A stretch of 64,000 bases of DNA from an uncultured Rivularia sp. GTDB taxonomy: Bacteria; Cyanobacteriota; Cyanobacteriia; Cyanobacteriales; Nostocaceae. The notes under the pieces were generated by a model that was given only the letters and a program-made list of their open reading frames with translations, made no database searches and was not told the origin of the DNA. Every line of letters starts with the position of its first letter. Position 1 is the stretch's first letter. The translations under genes and the position numbers were made by a program. Shown here in pieces: positions 19,551-31,583 of this stretch. Where the stretch lies: NCBI GenBank assembly GCA_963665115.1, contig OY762007.1, positions 3,200,001 through 3,264,000 of the forward strand, written 5' to 3'.

Positions 19551-21716
19551 GTATCCGCTCAAAAAAATGGGGTAAAGGTACACCTTGCGTCGTAGAATAT
19601 GAAGCATGACGCAAAAACGATCATCTAAAAAATTAGTCACAGCATTATTGCAATCAATCGACCCAAAACAGATTGCAGACGAGGACGTGCGTCAAACGGT
19701 AGAAGTATTACTCAACTTAATAGAACAGCTAAATGTAAAAATCAAAGAATTAGAAGAAGAAAATCAAAAACTACGTGATGAAAACAACCGCTTAAAAGGT
19801 GAACAAGGTAAACCAGACATCAAAGCGAATAAAAACAAAGGGTTTAAGAAAAACTATTCATCAGAAAAAGAACGAAAAATAGCAAAAGAACACAGTAAAG
19901 CAAGTAAAAACGAGTCTATCAAGATAAACCGAGAAGAGATTGTAGTTTACCCACAAGAACAATTACCAGCAGACGCACAGTTCAAGGGTTATGAGGAAGT
20001 AGTAGTCCAAGACATTTTACTTAAGCCAGATAACATACTGTTCCGCAAGCAAAAATACTACTCACCAGAAACAGGAAAAACTTATTTAGCGGAACTACCA
20101 ACAGGTTACGAAGGTGAATTTGGTCCAGGAGTAAAAGCTTTGGTCATGAGTCTATATTATGGTGGAAACATGACCCAAGGGAAGTTATTAGAATTTTTAG
20201 AAGATATTGGTATCTCGATTAGTGCAGGAACAATATCAAATTTATTAATTAAAAACCAAGAATATTTTGAAGCTGAATACGAAGAAGTATACAAGGAAGG
20301 GTTAGCCAGCAGTCCTTGGCAACACTTTGACCAAACAGGTGCGCGTGTTGCAGGAGTGAACCATACAACAAATGTGATTTGTAACCCCTTGTACACAATT
20401 TACCAAACAACGCGATACAAAGACCGTTTGACTGTATTAAAAGTATTTCAAAACACAACCGAACTCTCCTTTGTTCTCAACGAGATGACCTATGAACTTT
20501 TGGAGACTTTTAAAGTTCCAATTAAGTGGGTTAATAAACTAAAATTACTATCTCAACAGAAGGCTTTTACCGAAACTGAGTTTAATTTTTTGATTGGTGA
20601 GTACTTAAGTAGACTTGGTTCTCAACACCGTTCTCGCATATATGAATCGGCAGCAATTGCTTTTTATCATCAGCAATCAACTGTACCAGTAATTACAACT
20701 CTAGTATGCGATGATGCTCCGCAGTTCAAGTTAATAACATCGGATTTGGCTCTTTGTTGGGTGCATGAAGGACGACATTATAAGAAATTAAGTCCGCTTA
20801 TACCTTGCCATCAAAAACTTTTAGATAATTTTCTAGAAAGATTCTGGGAATATTACAGAAAATTATTATCTTATCGAGATTCTCCAAGTTGGGATAAAGC
20901 TCACGAACTAGAAATGGAATTTTGGACACTTTTTACAGAAAAAAGTGGTTATCAACAGTTAGATGAGCGAAAACGATTAACTACTTTGAAAGTAAACGAG
21001 TTGCTTCTCGTGTTGGAGCATCCAGAATTACTATTGCATAACAACCCTGCCGAATTAGCTGCTAGGACTATGGTACAACGACGTAACATCAGTTACGCAA
21101 CCCAGACAAAACAAGGCACAAAAGCGTGGGATGTTTTTATGTCCCTTGTTGACACTACTCGTAAGTTGGGTATCAGTTTTTATGAGTATATGCGTGACCG
21201 CATTTCTCAAGTTGAAAATATTCCATCTTTGGGGACAATTATTCGGAAGAAATCTTCTTCTAATTCCTATGGTTGGTCATGGATGCCTCAATAACACCCC
21301 TGTATATTAAGACTGTGCTAAACCCTCATATCCTTGGTTGTAGAATACTGTAAAGTGCATGGATTAACCACATCTATTTCTTCATAGTTTTTATAAGCGA
21401 TTGAAACTTTTTTAGTTACTTTGATAGCATATTTACAATTTACCTTATTTGCAACTTCCGCTATTAATCAATTTCTTGATTTTGATTATTTTTATTTATT
21501 TGTTGCTCTCACGAGAGATCCAGCAACTGGGGAAGATTTGGCGGCGACAGCGGAGTGCCAGGTGGGGGCACGATTATTTTCTGTGCCTATGTAAAATCTA
21601 TCTGCCCCTACCTGGTACCGTCAAATCAGCGTAGCGGTTCCCCAGTTGCGCCGCTGCTTTTTTTTATCGTAGTTGACATTCAAGACAGCCGATACCCCGA
21701 AATTTTGAGGGGATAC
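19551..21716 (+). mobile_element. Complete IS66-family insertion sequence (single-ORF, ISBst12-like organisation), 2166 bp
   Basis: Left IR GTATCCGCTCAAAAAAATGGGGTA; right IR reverse complement GTATCCCCTCAAAATTTCGGGGTA; 8-bp direct repeat CTTCCTTA at 19543-19550 and 21717-21724. Confidence 0.92.
19606..21294 (+). CDS. IS66-family transposase
   Basis: N-terminal coiled coil; HFDQTGAR, LVCDDAPQF, LCWVHEGRHY and HNNPAELAAR (DDE). Confidence 0.9.
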   Translation: MTQKRSSKKLVTALLQSIDPKQIADEDVRQTVEVLLNLIEQLNVKIKELEEENQKLRDENNRLKGEQGKPDIKANKNKGFKKNYSSEKERKIAKEHSKASKNESIKINREEIVVYPQEQLPADAQFKGYEEVVVQDILLKPDNILFRKQKYYSPETGKTYLAELPTGYEGEFGPGVKALVMSLYYGGNMTQGKLLEFLEDIGISISAGTISNLLIKNQEYFEAEYEEVYKEGLASSPWQHFDQTGARVAGVNHTTNVICNPLYTIYQTTRYKDRLTVLKVFQNTTELSFVLNEMTYELLETFKVPIKWVNKLKLLSQQKAFTETEFNFLIGEYLSRLGSQHRSRIYESAAIAFYHQQSTVPVITTLVCDDAPQFKLITSDLALCWVHEGRHYKKLSPLIPCHQKLLDNFLERFWEYYRKLLSYRDSPSWDKAHELEMEFWTLFTEKSGYQQLDERKRLTTLKVNELLLVLEHPELLLHNNPAELAARTMVQRRNISYATQTKQGTKAWDVFMSLVDTTRKLGISFYEYMRDRISQVENIPSLGTIIRKKSSSNSYGWSWMPQ

Positions 21717-21770
21717 CTTCCTTATATATAGGGAAGGAAGTTTTTTTCTCAATTATTTTTCTTCTTCTTA

Positions 21771-24123
21771 ATGATTCAAGCTCCTGGTTTAATTATTTGT
21801 CTTGGCTATATTCTAGGGTTGGTAATAAGTGCAAGTCCTTGGGGCGGAATTTTGGTATTGTTTTTAAGTGTAGTCGTAACCGTTCTGTTTCAAAGACAGC
21901 GTGTTGTTTCTAAGAAGCTTGCTCTACAGAAAACAAAGCCTCAAGTTGCCAAGAAAGCCGCACATACTTTAAGAACTACTCCTCATCCCAGAATATTTTT
22001 GATTGCTGGTTTGGTTGCATTGCTCGCCACATTTTATTTTCAAGCGCGTCTTCCCCAGCCAGGAGCTAAAGATATTAGTAATTTTGTTCCCGTTGGGAAT
22101 AGTAAAAATCAAGAACAATTGGTAATTGTTAGAGGTGATGTAGCAAGCACCCCCCGTTTAACTCGTTCGGGAAAGGGACAATTTTGGTTACAGGCAACTC
22201 AACTTTCTGAAGTAACTAATAAAAGTGAAGAAGCAGTTAGCAAAGGAGTTACTGGAAAGTTATATGTAACGGTACCCATCCTAAAATCTACTGGTTTATA
22301 CCCAAAACAACAAGTTGAAGTTACTGGAGTTTTATACAAACCTAAAAACGCATTAAATCCTGGAGCTTTTGATTTTAAAGCTTATTTGCAAAAACAAGGT
22401 GCTTTTGCTGGTTTAAATGGAAGACAGTTGAAAGATTTTGACGAAGAATATGAATGGGGATTGTGGAAGTTACGACAGAAAATAATTAAGTCACAAGTTC
22501 GTTGGTTGGGTGTTCCGGAAGGGTCCGCTCGTCAGTGCTATGGTTTTAGGAAGCAAAGCAGTTGATTTACCATATTCCACTCGCGATTTATTTGTACAAG
22601 CGGGATTAGCTCATTCTATAGCTGCTTCAGGATTTCATGTTTCGCTAATTTTAGGTTTGGCATTAGGTTTAACAAAACGTTTTTCTAAAAAAACTCAATT
22701 TATTTGCGGTAGCTTAGCATTAATTTTATTCTTGAGCTTGACTGGTTTGCAGCCTTCGGTTCTTAGAGCGGTAATTATGGGATTTGCTGCTTTAATTGCA
22801 ATCGGGCTAAAACGAAAGGTGAAACAGTTGGGTTCATTGATAGTTGCAGCGACTCTATTATTATTGTTTAATCCTCTATGGATTTGGGACTTAGGATTTC
22901 AACTAAGCTTTTTGGCTACTTTGGGATTAATTCTCACGGTACCCGCAATTACAAAACGTTTGGGATGGCTACCACCAACTATTGCATCTTTAATTGCAGT
23001 TCCTTTGGCGGCTACGATTTGGACGTTACCTTTACAGCTTTATGTATTTGGTATCGTACCATCTTACGGAATTCTACTAAATATTATCGTTACACCTTTA
23101 ATATCTGTAATCAGTATTGGTGGGATTATTAGTGCTGTGGCTGCATTGATATTGCCTTTTGCAGGAAGCTTTTTGGCTAGCGTGTTGCATTACCCAACCA
23201 ATTTATTAATTAAAATAGTCGAATTTTTTAGCAATTTACCAGGAAACTCAGTTGCAGTTGGCAAAATAGGAATTTGGCAAGTAGTTATTATTTACGGACT
23301 GCTTTTCTGTACTTGGCAGATACGCTGGTGGCAAAAACGGTGGTTTATTGCAGCTTTAATATCTATAGGTTTAGTACTAATTCCTGCTTGGCATTCCGCA
23401 AATAGTTTATTTCGCGTTACCGTTTTAGCTGCCGGAAGAGAACCAGTTGTGGTAATTCAAGATAGAGGAAAAGTAACGGTAATTAATAGCGCAGATGAAG
23501 ATGTCGGGAATTTTACGATAGTACCGTTTTTACAACAACAAGGTGTAAATATAATTGATTGGGCGATCGCCACTGATTTTCAAAACAATGGTAGCAGTGG
23601 CTGGCTGGAAATAATAGAACGTTTAGCCATCAAAATTTTCTATGATTATTCCCCCAATCCGAATTACGCTTTAACTCAAAAAGCAATTCAAACAGAAGTA
23701 CGGCAAGACAAAGGAATATACCAGGTTTTATCTTTAGGTCAAACTGTAAATACTGGTTCGGCGGTAATACGACTGCTTAATAATCGATTGCCTGTAATGC
23801 AGATGCAAATACTCGATCGATCTTGGTTGTTTGTTGGAAATCTCGAACCCGACGAACTCCGCAAGCTAATCGAAAGCCGAAGTTTACCGCGCCCGCAAGT
23901 CCTTTGGTGTCCTACCAAATCTTTAAAAGAACTAGTTCCCGCTCTACAACCGCAAGTGGCGATCGCACCTAATGCCAACCTTGAAACTAAGGATTTATCA
24001 TTACTCAACCAAAGTAAAACTCAAATATTATTTACAGGAAGAGATGGTGCAATTCAGTGGACACCTCAGCGACAATTTGAGCCATTTGTTCGGAGTACAG
24101 AAGATATCACTTCTTTACTGTGA
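21771..24123 (+). CDS. comEC: ComEC/Rec2 competence protein, split by a +1 frameshift at about 22522
   Basis: NPGAFDF, GLAHSIAASGFHV, PSVLRA, GFQLSFLAT and GRDGAIQW motifs; removing one G restores VPEGPLVSAMVLG. Confidence 0.92.
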
Positions 24124-24202
24124 TCTTTTAATTAACTCTAGTTTATTGATAAATTCGACTAAGATATGATATTTTGTTTATATTAGGGGTAATATGCCCT
24201 TT

Positions 24203-24289
24203 GGAGAGGTGGCAGAGCGGTTGAATGCGGCGCACTCGAAATGCGTTATACCTTTACGGGTATCGGGGGTTCGAATCCCCCCCTCTCCG
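24203..24289 (+). tRNA. trnS: tRNA-Ser(CGA)
   Basis: GGAGAGGTGGCAGAGCGG...GCGCA-CTCGAAA-TGCGT, long variable arm, GTTCGAATCC. Confidence 0.97.
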
Positions 24290-24833
24290 TTTAATTAGTT
24301 TTGAACTGAATTGAATTTTGGATGACAGCGTTTTGATGAACCTAACGCTACGATTGTTATAAGTCAATTTAACTTAAACCGATCGCATTTAGAAGCAGTT
24401 TTACCTAAAAATCAGGATTTTCAGATTTATCCGTAATTGGCCTTTACCAAATTGATTTAATTTAAGTAGGAATCAGTATTTCACTAAACTAGATAAAATA
24501 TTGCGAAAGCTATTATTTTTAACTGTTTGCACCAATAGATGCAGCAGAAATTCGCTTTCCTTATAGCTTCAACATCTACAAGTATGCAAATAGCGATCGG
24601 CAATAAAATATACTTTTGATATCGTTCCTTAATCAATGAGTAATTACTTGCATCTACTTCAAGCACTTATGTAGCAGTAACGAGGCTGCTGATTATGTTT
24701 GGGAAAAGAACGAATCACCTAAGTCTATTCACTTATCGATTACGCTAATACAAAGTATAAAAATAGTGATACTTACTGAACCATTCTGCTAAACACTTAG
24801 TTAAATTAAAGCCATAGTGTGAGGAGTTGAAAT

Positions 24834-26001
24834 ATGTTGAATCAGAAGCTGAAGGCATCGCTTTCAGTTAGCTTTGTCGGTTGTTGTTTTGCGCTGGGTT
24901 TTGGTATAAGTTTACTCATGCGCTTCCAGGCACAGACATCACAAAAAAATGATGTTGTAATAAAAACAGCAGTCGCATCTTTGGAATCCAAAGATTCAAA
25001 AAGAATCCCAACTAACGAAAAGAAAAATGCAAAGTCGATAACGATTAAAGCGGTTGGAGATGTTATCCCAGGTACAAACTATCCTAATTACAGACTTCCA
25101 GCTAATTCCAACCAACTAATACCAGAACCTGTAAGAGCTTATTTAAGTGAAGCTGACGTTTTATTTGGTAACTTTGAAACTACCTTAACTAACCATCGTT
25201 ATTCGGCGAAAGATGTTAGTAGAGGACAGGTGTTTGCTTTTCGTTCCCCACCAGAATATGCCAAATTATTTTCTGATGTTGGATTTAATGTATTCAACGT
25301 AGCGAATAATCATGCCAGAGACTTTGGCATGGTTGGTTTCAAAGACACGATGAAAAATCTTAAAGACGTTGGTATTGAAACATTAGGTCATAAAAATCAA
25401 ATTCTCTTTTTAGAAAAAAATAATAACAAAATTGCGATGATAGGGTTTGCGCCCTATGAATTTTATAATTCTATTCACGATTTAGAAGCAGCTAAAGCTC
25501 TTATAAAAAAAGCCCGAAAAGAAGCAAATATAGTAATCGTATCCATGCATGTAGGCGCTGAAGGTACTGGTGCGCTACACACCAAAAATAAAACAGAATA
25601 TTTTTACGGGGAAAATCGGGGAAATTCGGTTAAATTTGCTCGGACAATGATTGACGCAGGAGCAGACTTGGTACTTGGGCACGGACCCTCATGTTCCTAG
25701 AGCAATGGAAATGTACAAGGGAAAACTGATTGCTTATTCTTTAGGAAACTTTTTAGGGTATCGGACTTTATCGAGTGTTGCACAAGCGGGTTACTCAATG
25801 ATATTAGAAGTCAAAATGAGTCCTCAAGGAAGTGTGGAGAACGCAAAAATTATTCCGGTGCGAATGAATGGACAAGGAATTCCCTATATTGACCAAAATT
25901 TTAAAACTGTGCAACTGGTACGTTATTTAAATAAATCTGATTTCCCTAATTCGACTGTAGAGATTAATCAAAAAGGAGAATTGGTACTCGCAAAGCAATG
26001 A
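24834..26001 (+). CDS. CapA/PGA_cap family metallophosphoesterase, +1 frameshift at about 25687
   Basis: AVGDV, GNFE, NVANNHARDFG and SMHVGAE; removing one C restores LGHGPHVPR..YSLGNF. Confidence 0.88.
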
Positions 26002-26043
26002 ACAATTATCAATGAGCAATGAATATTGATAATTGTTCATTGT

Positions 26044-26877
26044 TCATTGATTTACAGTTTCCAAAACTTCCTTATTTAAAACTTGATTTAATTTTCCGCT
26101 GCGATAACCTTCTAAATCTAAAGTTACATAAATAAAGCCAAATTCCTGAAAAGCAGATACTAGTGACTTTAAATCTATATTTATAATAAAATCCTGGATT
26201 TGTTCTGGTGGTAATTCTATACGTGCTGTATCACCCTCCGAACGAACTCGTAAGTTATTCCATCCCAATTTACGTAAATGTATCTCTGCTCTTCCTACTC
26301 GCTGTAATTTAGTTACGGTAATCTCTTCACCGTAAGGAAAGCGGGAACTAAGGCAAGGTTGTGCTGGTTTATCCCACCAAGACAAACCTAAATGCTGGGA
26401 AATTTGACGAACTTCTGGTTTACTTACACCAACTTCTGCTAAGGGAGAACGCGCACCTCTTTCTTTTGCAGCTTGAATACCCGGACGATAATCGTGTAAA
26501 TCGTCTGCATTTACGCCATCAATTACGTAAGGATAACCCAATTTATTTGCCAATGGTTTCAGCGTATCGTGTAATTCGCTTTTGCAAAAATAACAACGAT
26601 TAATGGGATTAGAAGTGTAATTAGGATTTTCCATCTCATTGGTTTCTACAACCTGATGACGAATCCCGATTGTTGCTGCTTGAATTTTGGCATCTTCTAA
26701 TTCTTCTGGCAACAAGCTCGGTGACATCGCAGTTACCGCCAAAGCCCGATTGCCTAGCAGATCGTAAGCAATAGAAGCAACTAAAGTACTATCAACACCA
26801 CCGGAATAAGCAATTATTGCCTGCTCCATCTCTTTAAATAAAGCTTTTAACTGCTCTAGTTTTTCTAAATAGATCAT
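26044..26877 (-). CDS. larE: ATP-dependent sacrificial sulfur transferase LarE family
   Basis: AYSGGVDST PP-loop, RCYFCK, DYRPG, PCLSSRFPYG, DLEGYRSG; likely start MIYLEK. Confidence 0.92.
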   Translation of the reverse strand: MIYLEKLEQLKALFKEMEQAIIAYSGGVDSTLVASIAYDLLGNRALAVTAMSPSLLPEELEDAKIQAATIGIRHQVVETNEMENPNYTSNPINRCYFCKSELHDTLKPLANKLGYPYVIDGVNADDLHDYRPGIQAAKERGARSPLAEVGVSKPEVRQISQHLGLSWWDKPAQPCLSSRFPYGEEITVTKLQRVGRAEIHLRKLGWNNLRVRSEGDTARIELPPEQIQDFIINIDLKSLVSAFQEFGFIYVTLDLEGYRSGKLNQVLNKEVLETVNQ

Positions 26878-26960
26878 TTCCCAATTCCAACGCAAAATTA
26901 TATGAATTAATCCTTCTATTTTAAGAGGGAGATGAAGTAAGTGAATAAAAAGCTGATTCG

Positions 26961-28805
26961 TCAAGGATCTGTAATATATCGAGATAACATTGTTGCTAAA
27001 AGCGGTAAATCAATCGGTTTACAAATATAATCGTTGACTCCTGCTGCAAAACAAGTATCGCGATCGCCTTTCATTGCCATTGCTGTTTGAGCAATTATAC
27101 AAGTCTTAGAATATCGCTCATTGTCTCGAAGCTGTTTGACTAATGTAATACCGCTGGCATCTGGTAAAACAATATCTATTAAAATAACGCAATAATCTTG
27201 TTTGTTTAAAGCATCCCACATTTGAGAGGCGCTTTTTACCCAAGTAAGTTGATATCCTAATCTTTCTAAATAAGTTTTTATCAGTTCGGCATTAGGTACA
27301 TCGTCTTCTACTAACAAAATATCTGAAGCACCTTTTGAGGAAATTGGTACGTTGTAATTTTTAGAAGCCTGAGTTTGACGTTTCTTTACTGATAAGCTTT
27401 CTTGTGAGGCATCCGAATTTTGTTCTACAGGAATTACTATAGTAAAATGCGAACCTTTATTTAATTCTGATTCTACTTCAACCCAACCACTGTGAATTTC
27501 AGCAAGTTTACGAGTTACCGTTAAACCTAAACCTGTACCTTCTTCACCATTCACGTGTCTCTCGTTAAAAATTTGAAAATATGGTTGAAAAAGTTCGCTT
27601 TGATTTTCCTGACTAATACCGATTCCGGTGTCCCAAACCGTAAAATACATCAAATCATCTTGGGATTTAACTTCTAAACCCACTGTTCCTGTTTTAGTAA
27701 ACTTTACCGCGTTAAAAAGTAAATTCAAAAGTATCTGCTTGAGCCGTAAAGGATCGGCTACCATATTCGTAATATTGGAATCTATATTAAGCCGCATTTG
27801 CAAGCCTTTATTCGCAGCTTTCTCCTTTACCAGTGCTAATACATTACGACACAGTTGTCGGATATCAATTGTTTCCCAATTAACTTCTAACTGATTGGCT
27901 TCAATTTTAGATAAGTCAAGAATATCGTTAATTAAAGCTAGCAGATGTTTACCGCTTGACTGAATAATATTTAAATATTCATGATGACGCTGCTTGGAAG
28001 GGTCGTAACCTTGGGCTAATAGCAAATGAGTAAAACCAATAATCGAACTCAAGGGAGTGCGAATTTCATGACTTGTATTTGCTAAAAATTGGTTTTTAAG
28101 TTGATTAGTACGCTGTAGTTCTTGGTTGTGATGATTAAACTGTAGAGCTTCTTGCTGTAACGAATCAATTTGCTCAAGTTGGCTTAAAGTTGCGGCACAC
28201 ATTGCAGCAGCCTTTGACATTAATTTTGGTAGTTGTTCTATTACATTTACATTTGTGCAAGATTTCACTGAAGCGATTAACCAACCAATAATTTCCAAAG
28301 AATCATTAGTTATACACCAAGCTGCTTGGGGTTGTTGATTTTCTAATTGCTGCAAATCTTCAAAACGTATTTTATTTTTTAACTCCAACCGCAACTTTTT
28401 ATCTTTCCTTACCATCACAGTCAACGGAGAGGGCTGTGAGTGAGTGGTTGAATGAGAAGAGACATAACAAATTTTACAATCAGTTTCCGGTGGTTGAACA
28501 ATGGCGATCGCTACCACATTAAAATCTAATACAATCTTAAGTTCGTTAACTACTGTTTGAAAAATTTCTGTTTTCGTAATGGCTGCTTGAGTATTTTGTC
28601 GATCTTTCGTCTTTCCGGGAATTTGCTCCGAGGACAAAGCTAAAGCCAGACAATGGTTGAGCTGACTTTGCAGTTGATTCACACTGCGTTCCAGCCACAA
28701 TTCGGCTCGAAGTTGTTCGATTTTTGTCAAAACTGTCGATGAATTGGCATCTACATCTAGTTGTGAGTTTTGCTCTGGTAAGCTTGAATACTGCTGCATG
28801 GTCAA
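26961..28805 (-). CDS. Hybrid histidine kinase/response regulator (HrmK-like)
   Basis: SHEIRTPL H-box, NAVKFT, DTGIGI, GTGLGL and a C-terminal receiver domain. Confidence 0.9.
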   Translation of the reverse strand: MTMQQYSSLPEQNSQLDVDANSSTVLTKIEQLRAELWLERSVNQLQSQLNHCLALALSSEQIPGKTKDRQNTQAAITKTEIFQTVVNELKIVLDFNVVAIAIVQPPETDCKICYVSSHSTTHSQPSPLTVMVRKDKKLRLELKNKIRFEDLQQLENQQPQAAWCITNDSLEIIGWLIASVKSCTNVNVIEQLPKLMSKAAAMCAATLSQLEQIDSLQQEALQFNHHNQELQRTNQLKNQFLANTSHEIRTPLSSIIGFTHLLLAQGYDPSKQRHHEYLNIIQSSGKHLLALINDILDLSKIEANQLEVNWETIDIRQLCRNVLALVKEKAANKGLQMRLNIDSNITNMVADPLRLKQILLNLLFNAVKFTKTGTVGLEVKSQDDLMYFTVWDTGIGISQENQSELFQPYFQIFNERHVNGEEGTGLGLTVTRKLAEIHSGWVEVESELNKGSHFTIVIPVEQNSDASQESLSVKKRQTQASKNYNVPISSKGASDILLVEDDVPNAELIKTYLERLGYQLTWVKSASQMWDALNKQDYCVILIDIVLPDASGITLVKQLRDNERYSKTCIIAQTAMAMKGDRDTCFAAGVNDYICKPIDLPLLATMLSRYITDP

Positions 28806-29759
28806 CTCGACCGCTAAATAATTTTGATCGCTTTTTTTAAAGGGCGCGAAATAAACTGGAGTATATTAGCGCACAATCCCTTCTATATATATAAACTAAA
28901 AGCTGTAGTGTCAAATGTCACTCTAAAAATATAGCCTATCGTATTCCGATAATACGGTCACTTATTTGCACTGACTTTAAAGCCTGCTGACCATAAATTT
29001 TTCAATTAATATGGCTGAAACCATGATGACAATAGACTTAAGCAGAATTTAAACTCATATGTATTAACTGTTGCAAAAAGTAAACATCGTGTCAGTCTAA
29101 ATTCTATCCACCTTCAATCTTTTTTTTACAATTCCTTAATATATAGCAATCCGTTTTGATTTCTGTTGGCGCAAGGGTGGCGGAGCCATATAACTCGTAG
29201 GGGTTAAGGAATAGGGAGCAGGGAATCGAAAAGATACTGAGTTTTCTCAGCGCAAATATAGTAATAGCGAGCAAGATGCATGTCCTGGCGGACACGCTGC
29301 GTTAGCGGAGCGAGACGATAGTCTTAGGCAGCACTACAACCTTTTCAAATTTTCCCATTATCCAATTTAGCTGCACATCAGCTTAACGGCTAAAGCTTGA
29401 GTTTATTTTTTATAACCTTGTGTATAATCCTATTTCGTGAATAAAACGGATGCCTATTTTTATTTATAGTCAGAGTAAGAGTGATATAAACCTTCATTTA
29501 TACCGAATAAAATAGGTAGAACAATGATGTTACTTATTTTACACGTACTTTTTCGATACGTATTACACTTGAAAATAAATAAATTTCTAATTGTTATCGG
29601 CTGCGAACTTATAAATTATTCTTGGAAAAGTATAGATTATTTATGATTTTCTGTTCGTGAAAAAGCTGAAGTATTGCTCGATGTTCCTCTAAGTTAGTTT
29701 CAAAGAAGAACTTACGAGCAATACACTTCGATAAAAGTTGAAAGCAAAAAGCAAAGATG

Positions 29760-29929
29760 TTAGGTGCGATGATTTGCCAACCTAAATATTTCCATACTCC
29801 AGATTCAAGTCATTTTTTACACTGTATTTTTATATAGTGCAATCGGGACTGACTTCCGGCAACCTCCAACTTTAATCTCGTATTAGCACGGCACGCTTAC
29901 ATCAGATGCCCAAGCGCGACTTTGCCGCA
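29760..29929 (-). ncRNA. ssrS: Probable 6S RNA (SsrS/SsaA); ends approximate
   Basis: Reverse complement ...GGAGGTTGCCGGAAGTCAG...AAAAAATGACTTGAATCTGGAGTATGGAAATATTTAGGTTGGCAAA..GCACCT resembles cyanobacterial 6S RNA as I recall it; no ORF; self-complementary (AGTCA/TGACT). Confidence 0.72.
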
Positions 29930-29931
29930 AT

Positions 29932-30066
29932 TTAAGGATTAATAATGTGAAAATAAATTGCTGCCACCAATACATTACCAGCCAGCAGAATAGCACTGAT
30001 TAAAGTGCGGTAGGGGAAAGGTGCTTTAGCATCTGTCTGAGGAACATCTACACCTACTTTAGCCAT
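29932..30066 (-). CDS. psaX: Photosystem I 4.8 kDa subunit PsaX (44 aa, below the ORF-track cutoff)
   Basis: MAKVGVDVPQTDAKAPFPYRTLISAILLAGNVLVAAIYFHIINP; AGGAG RBS upstream. Confidence 0.9.
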   Translation of the reverse strand: MAKVGVDVPQTDAKAPFPYRTLISAILLAGNVLVAAIYFHIINP

Positions 30067-30212
30067 AATCGTTTCTCCTAATTTTAGAACTTCTTAACAA
30101 ATACCAAATAGCTGTCGTTTTTCGCGAAATTTGTTAGAAAGATTTTCATAAAACTGTTAAAAGCTGCAATTAATTGGATTTTCATCCTTTTGTCAATTCT
30201 GTAGATAGTTGA

Positions 30213-31091
30213 CTATGAAACATCTGCATGGTAAGAGCTACGAACTAAAGGACCAGAACGAACGTGAGAGAATCCTAAGTTACGAGCGATTGTGCCTAAT
30301 TCTTCAAATTCTTCTGGTGTCCAATATTTTTGTACGGGTAAATGTTCTAATGAAGGTCGCATATATTGGCCGATTGTCAGGCGATCGCACTCGACATTAC
30401 GTAAATCTTTCATAGTCTCGATCACTTCTTCGGCTGTTTCACCATGTCCCAACATCAAGCCGGATTTAGTGGGAATTGTAGAGTCGATTTCTTTGACTAA
30501 TTGCAGTACCTGCAAGGAACGATTATACTTTGCCCCTCGACGCACGGGGTCTTGTAAACGTCTTACTGTTTCAATATTATGGTTATAGCAAGCTGGTTTA
30601 GCTAAAGTAATTACTTTTATGGGTTCTGTTTTGCCATAAAAATCTGGTGTAAGCACTTCAATTTTAGTTTCTGGATTTAATTGACGGATGGTTTCCATTG
30701 TCTTTACGAACCAACTCGCACCACCATCTGATAAATCATCGCGGGCTACAGAAGTTAAAACCACATAGCGCAATCCTAAAAGCTGTATCGCCTGTGCCAC
30801 TTTTTGTGGTTCTTCTGGATCTAAAGGCATTGGTGCATGACCCTTATCTACTTGACAGAAAGCACAGGATCGAGTGCAAGTAGGTCCCATTAACAAAAAG
30901 CTGGCAGTTTTTTGTGAATAGCACTCTCCACGGTTTGGACAACGCCCTTCTTCGCAGATAGTGTGGATCTGGCGCTGCTTAATAATCCTTTGAACCGTCG
31001 AGAGTTCGCTGGCTTTACCAATCCCAGGACGCAACCACCCTGGCATTGCCGTAATTTCTGATTTAATAGAAGCTTGTTTTGAGGAAGTCAT
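30213..31091 (-). CDS. lipA: Lipoyl synthase
   Basis: [20 protein letters not shown] and VRSSYHA. Confidence 0.97.
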   Translation of the reverse strand: MTSSKQASIKSEITAMPGWLRPGIGKASELSTVQRIIKQRQIHTICEEGRCPNRGECYSQKTASFLLMGPTCTRSCAFCQVDKGHAPMPLDPEEPQKVAQAIQLLGLRYVVLTSVARDDLSDGGASWFVKTMETIRQLNPETKIEVLTPDFYGKTEPIKVITLAKPACYNHNIETVRRLQDPVRRGAKYNRSLQVLQLVKEIDSTIPTKSGLMLGHGETAEEVIETMKDLRNVECDRLTIGQYMRPSLEHLPVQKYWTPEEFEELGTIARNLGFSHVRSGPLVRSSYHADVS

Positions 31092-31583
31092 GGACATCCG
31101 TGGTTTATGAGTATGTTTACAGATTGAGTAACCTAAGATCAACATACAACAAACTGCTATTTCTACCTTGATTTAACAAATAGCTTCAAAAACGCATTTT
31201 GAATTAACAATACATTTTAAGAAAAACAGAATCTGCCTTAAGTGCGTAAGTCTTAATACTGATATCTATCGGTAAATTACAGATAATATGAGTAATTTTT
31301 ATTTAATTTCCTAGTATATGGTTACTCCTAGCGAACTAATTTATATCCTTCCTCAATGCTCAAAAGCTTGTAGATCGGGAGGAAAAGCTTTTAATTTTGC
31401 AATATAAATGTGCCAGTCACAGCTATCTCATGATGTTGTATAAAACACCTATATAAATGCTATTTTCTCGGAAATTACTCTCCCCCCATATATATATATT
31501 TTGGATATAGTGGGATAACTCTAGTATTCAGCTATGGGCGATAACGCCATTTAAACCTAAATTATCTTTTAGAGCGAAACATC

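Noticed and set aside
22510..22565. Programmed frameshifting or phase variation in comEC
   Set aside because: The run is only 3 nt with no slippery heptamer, and the same +1 pattern occurs in five unrelated genes.
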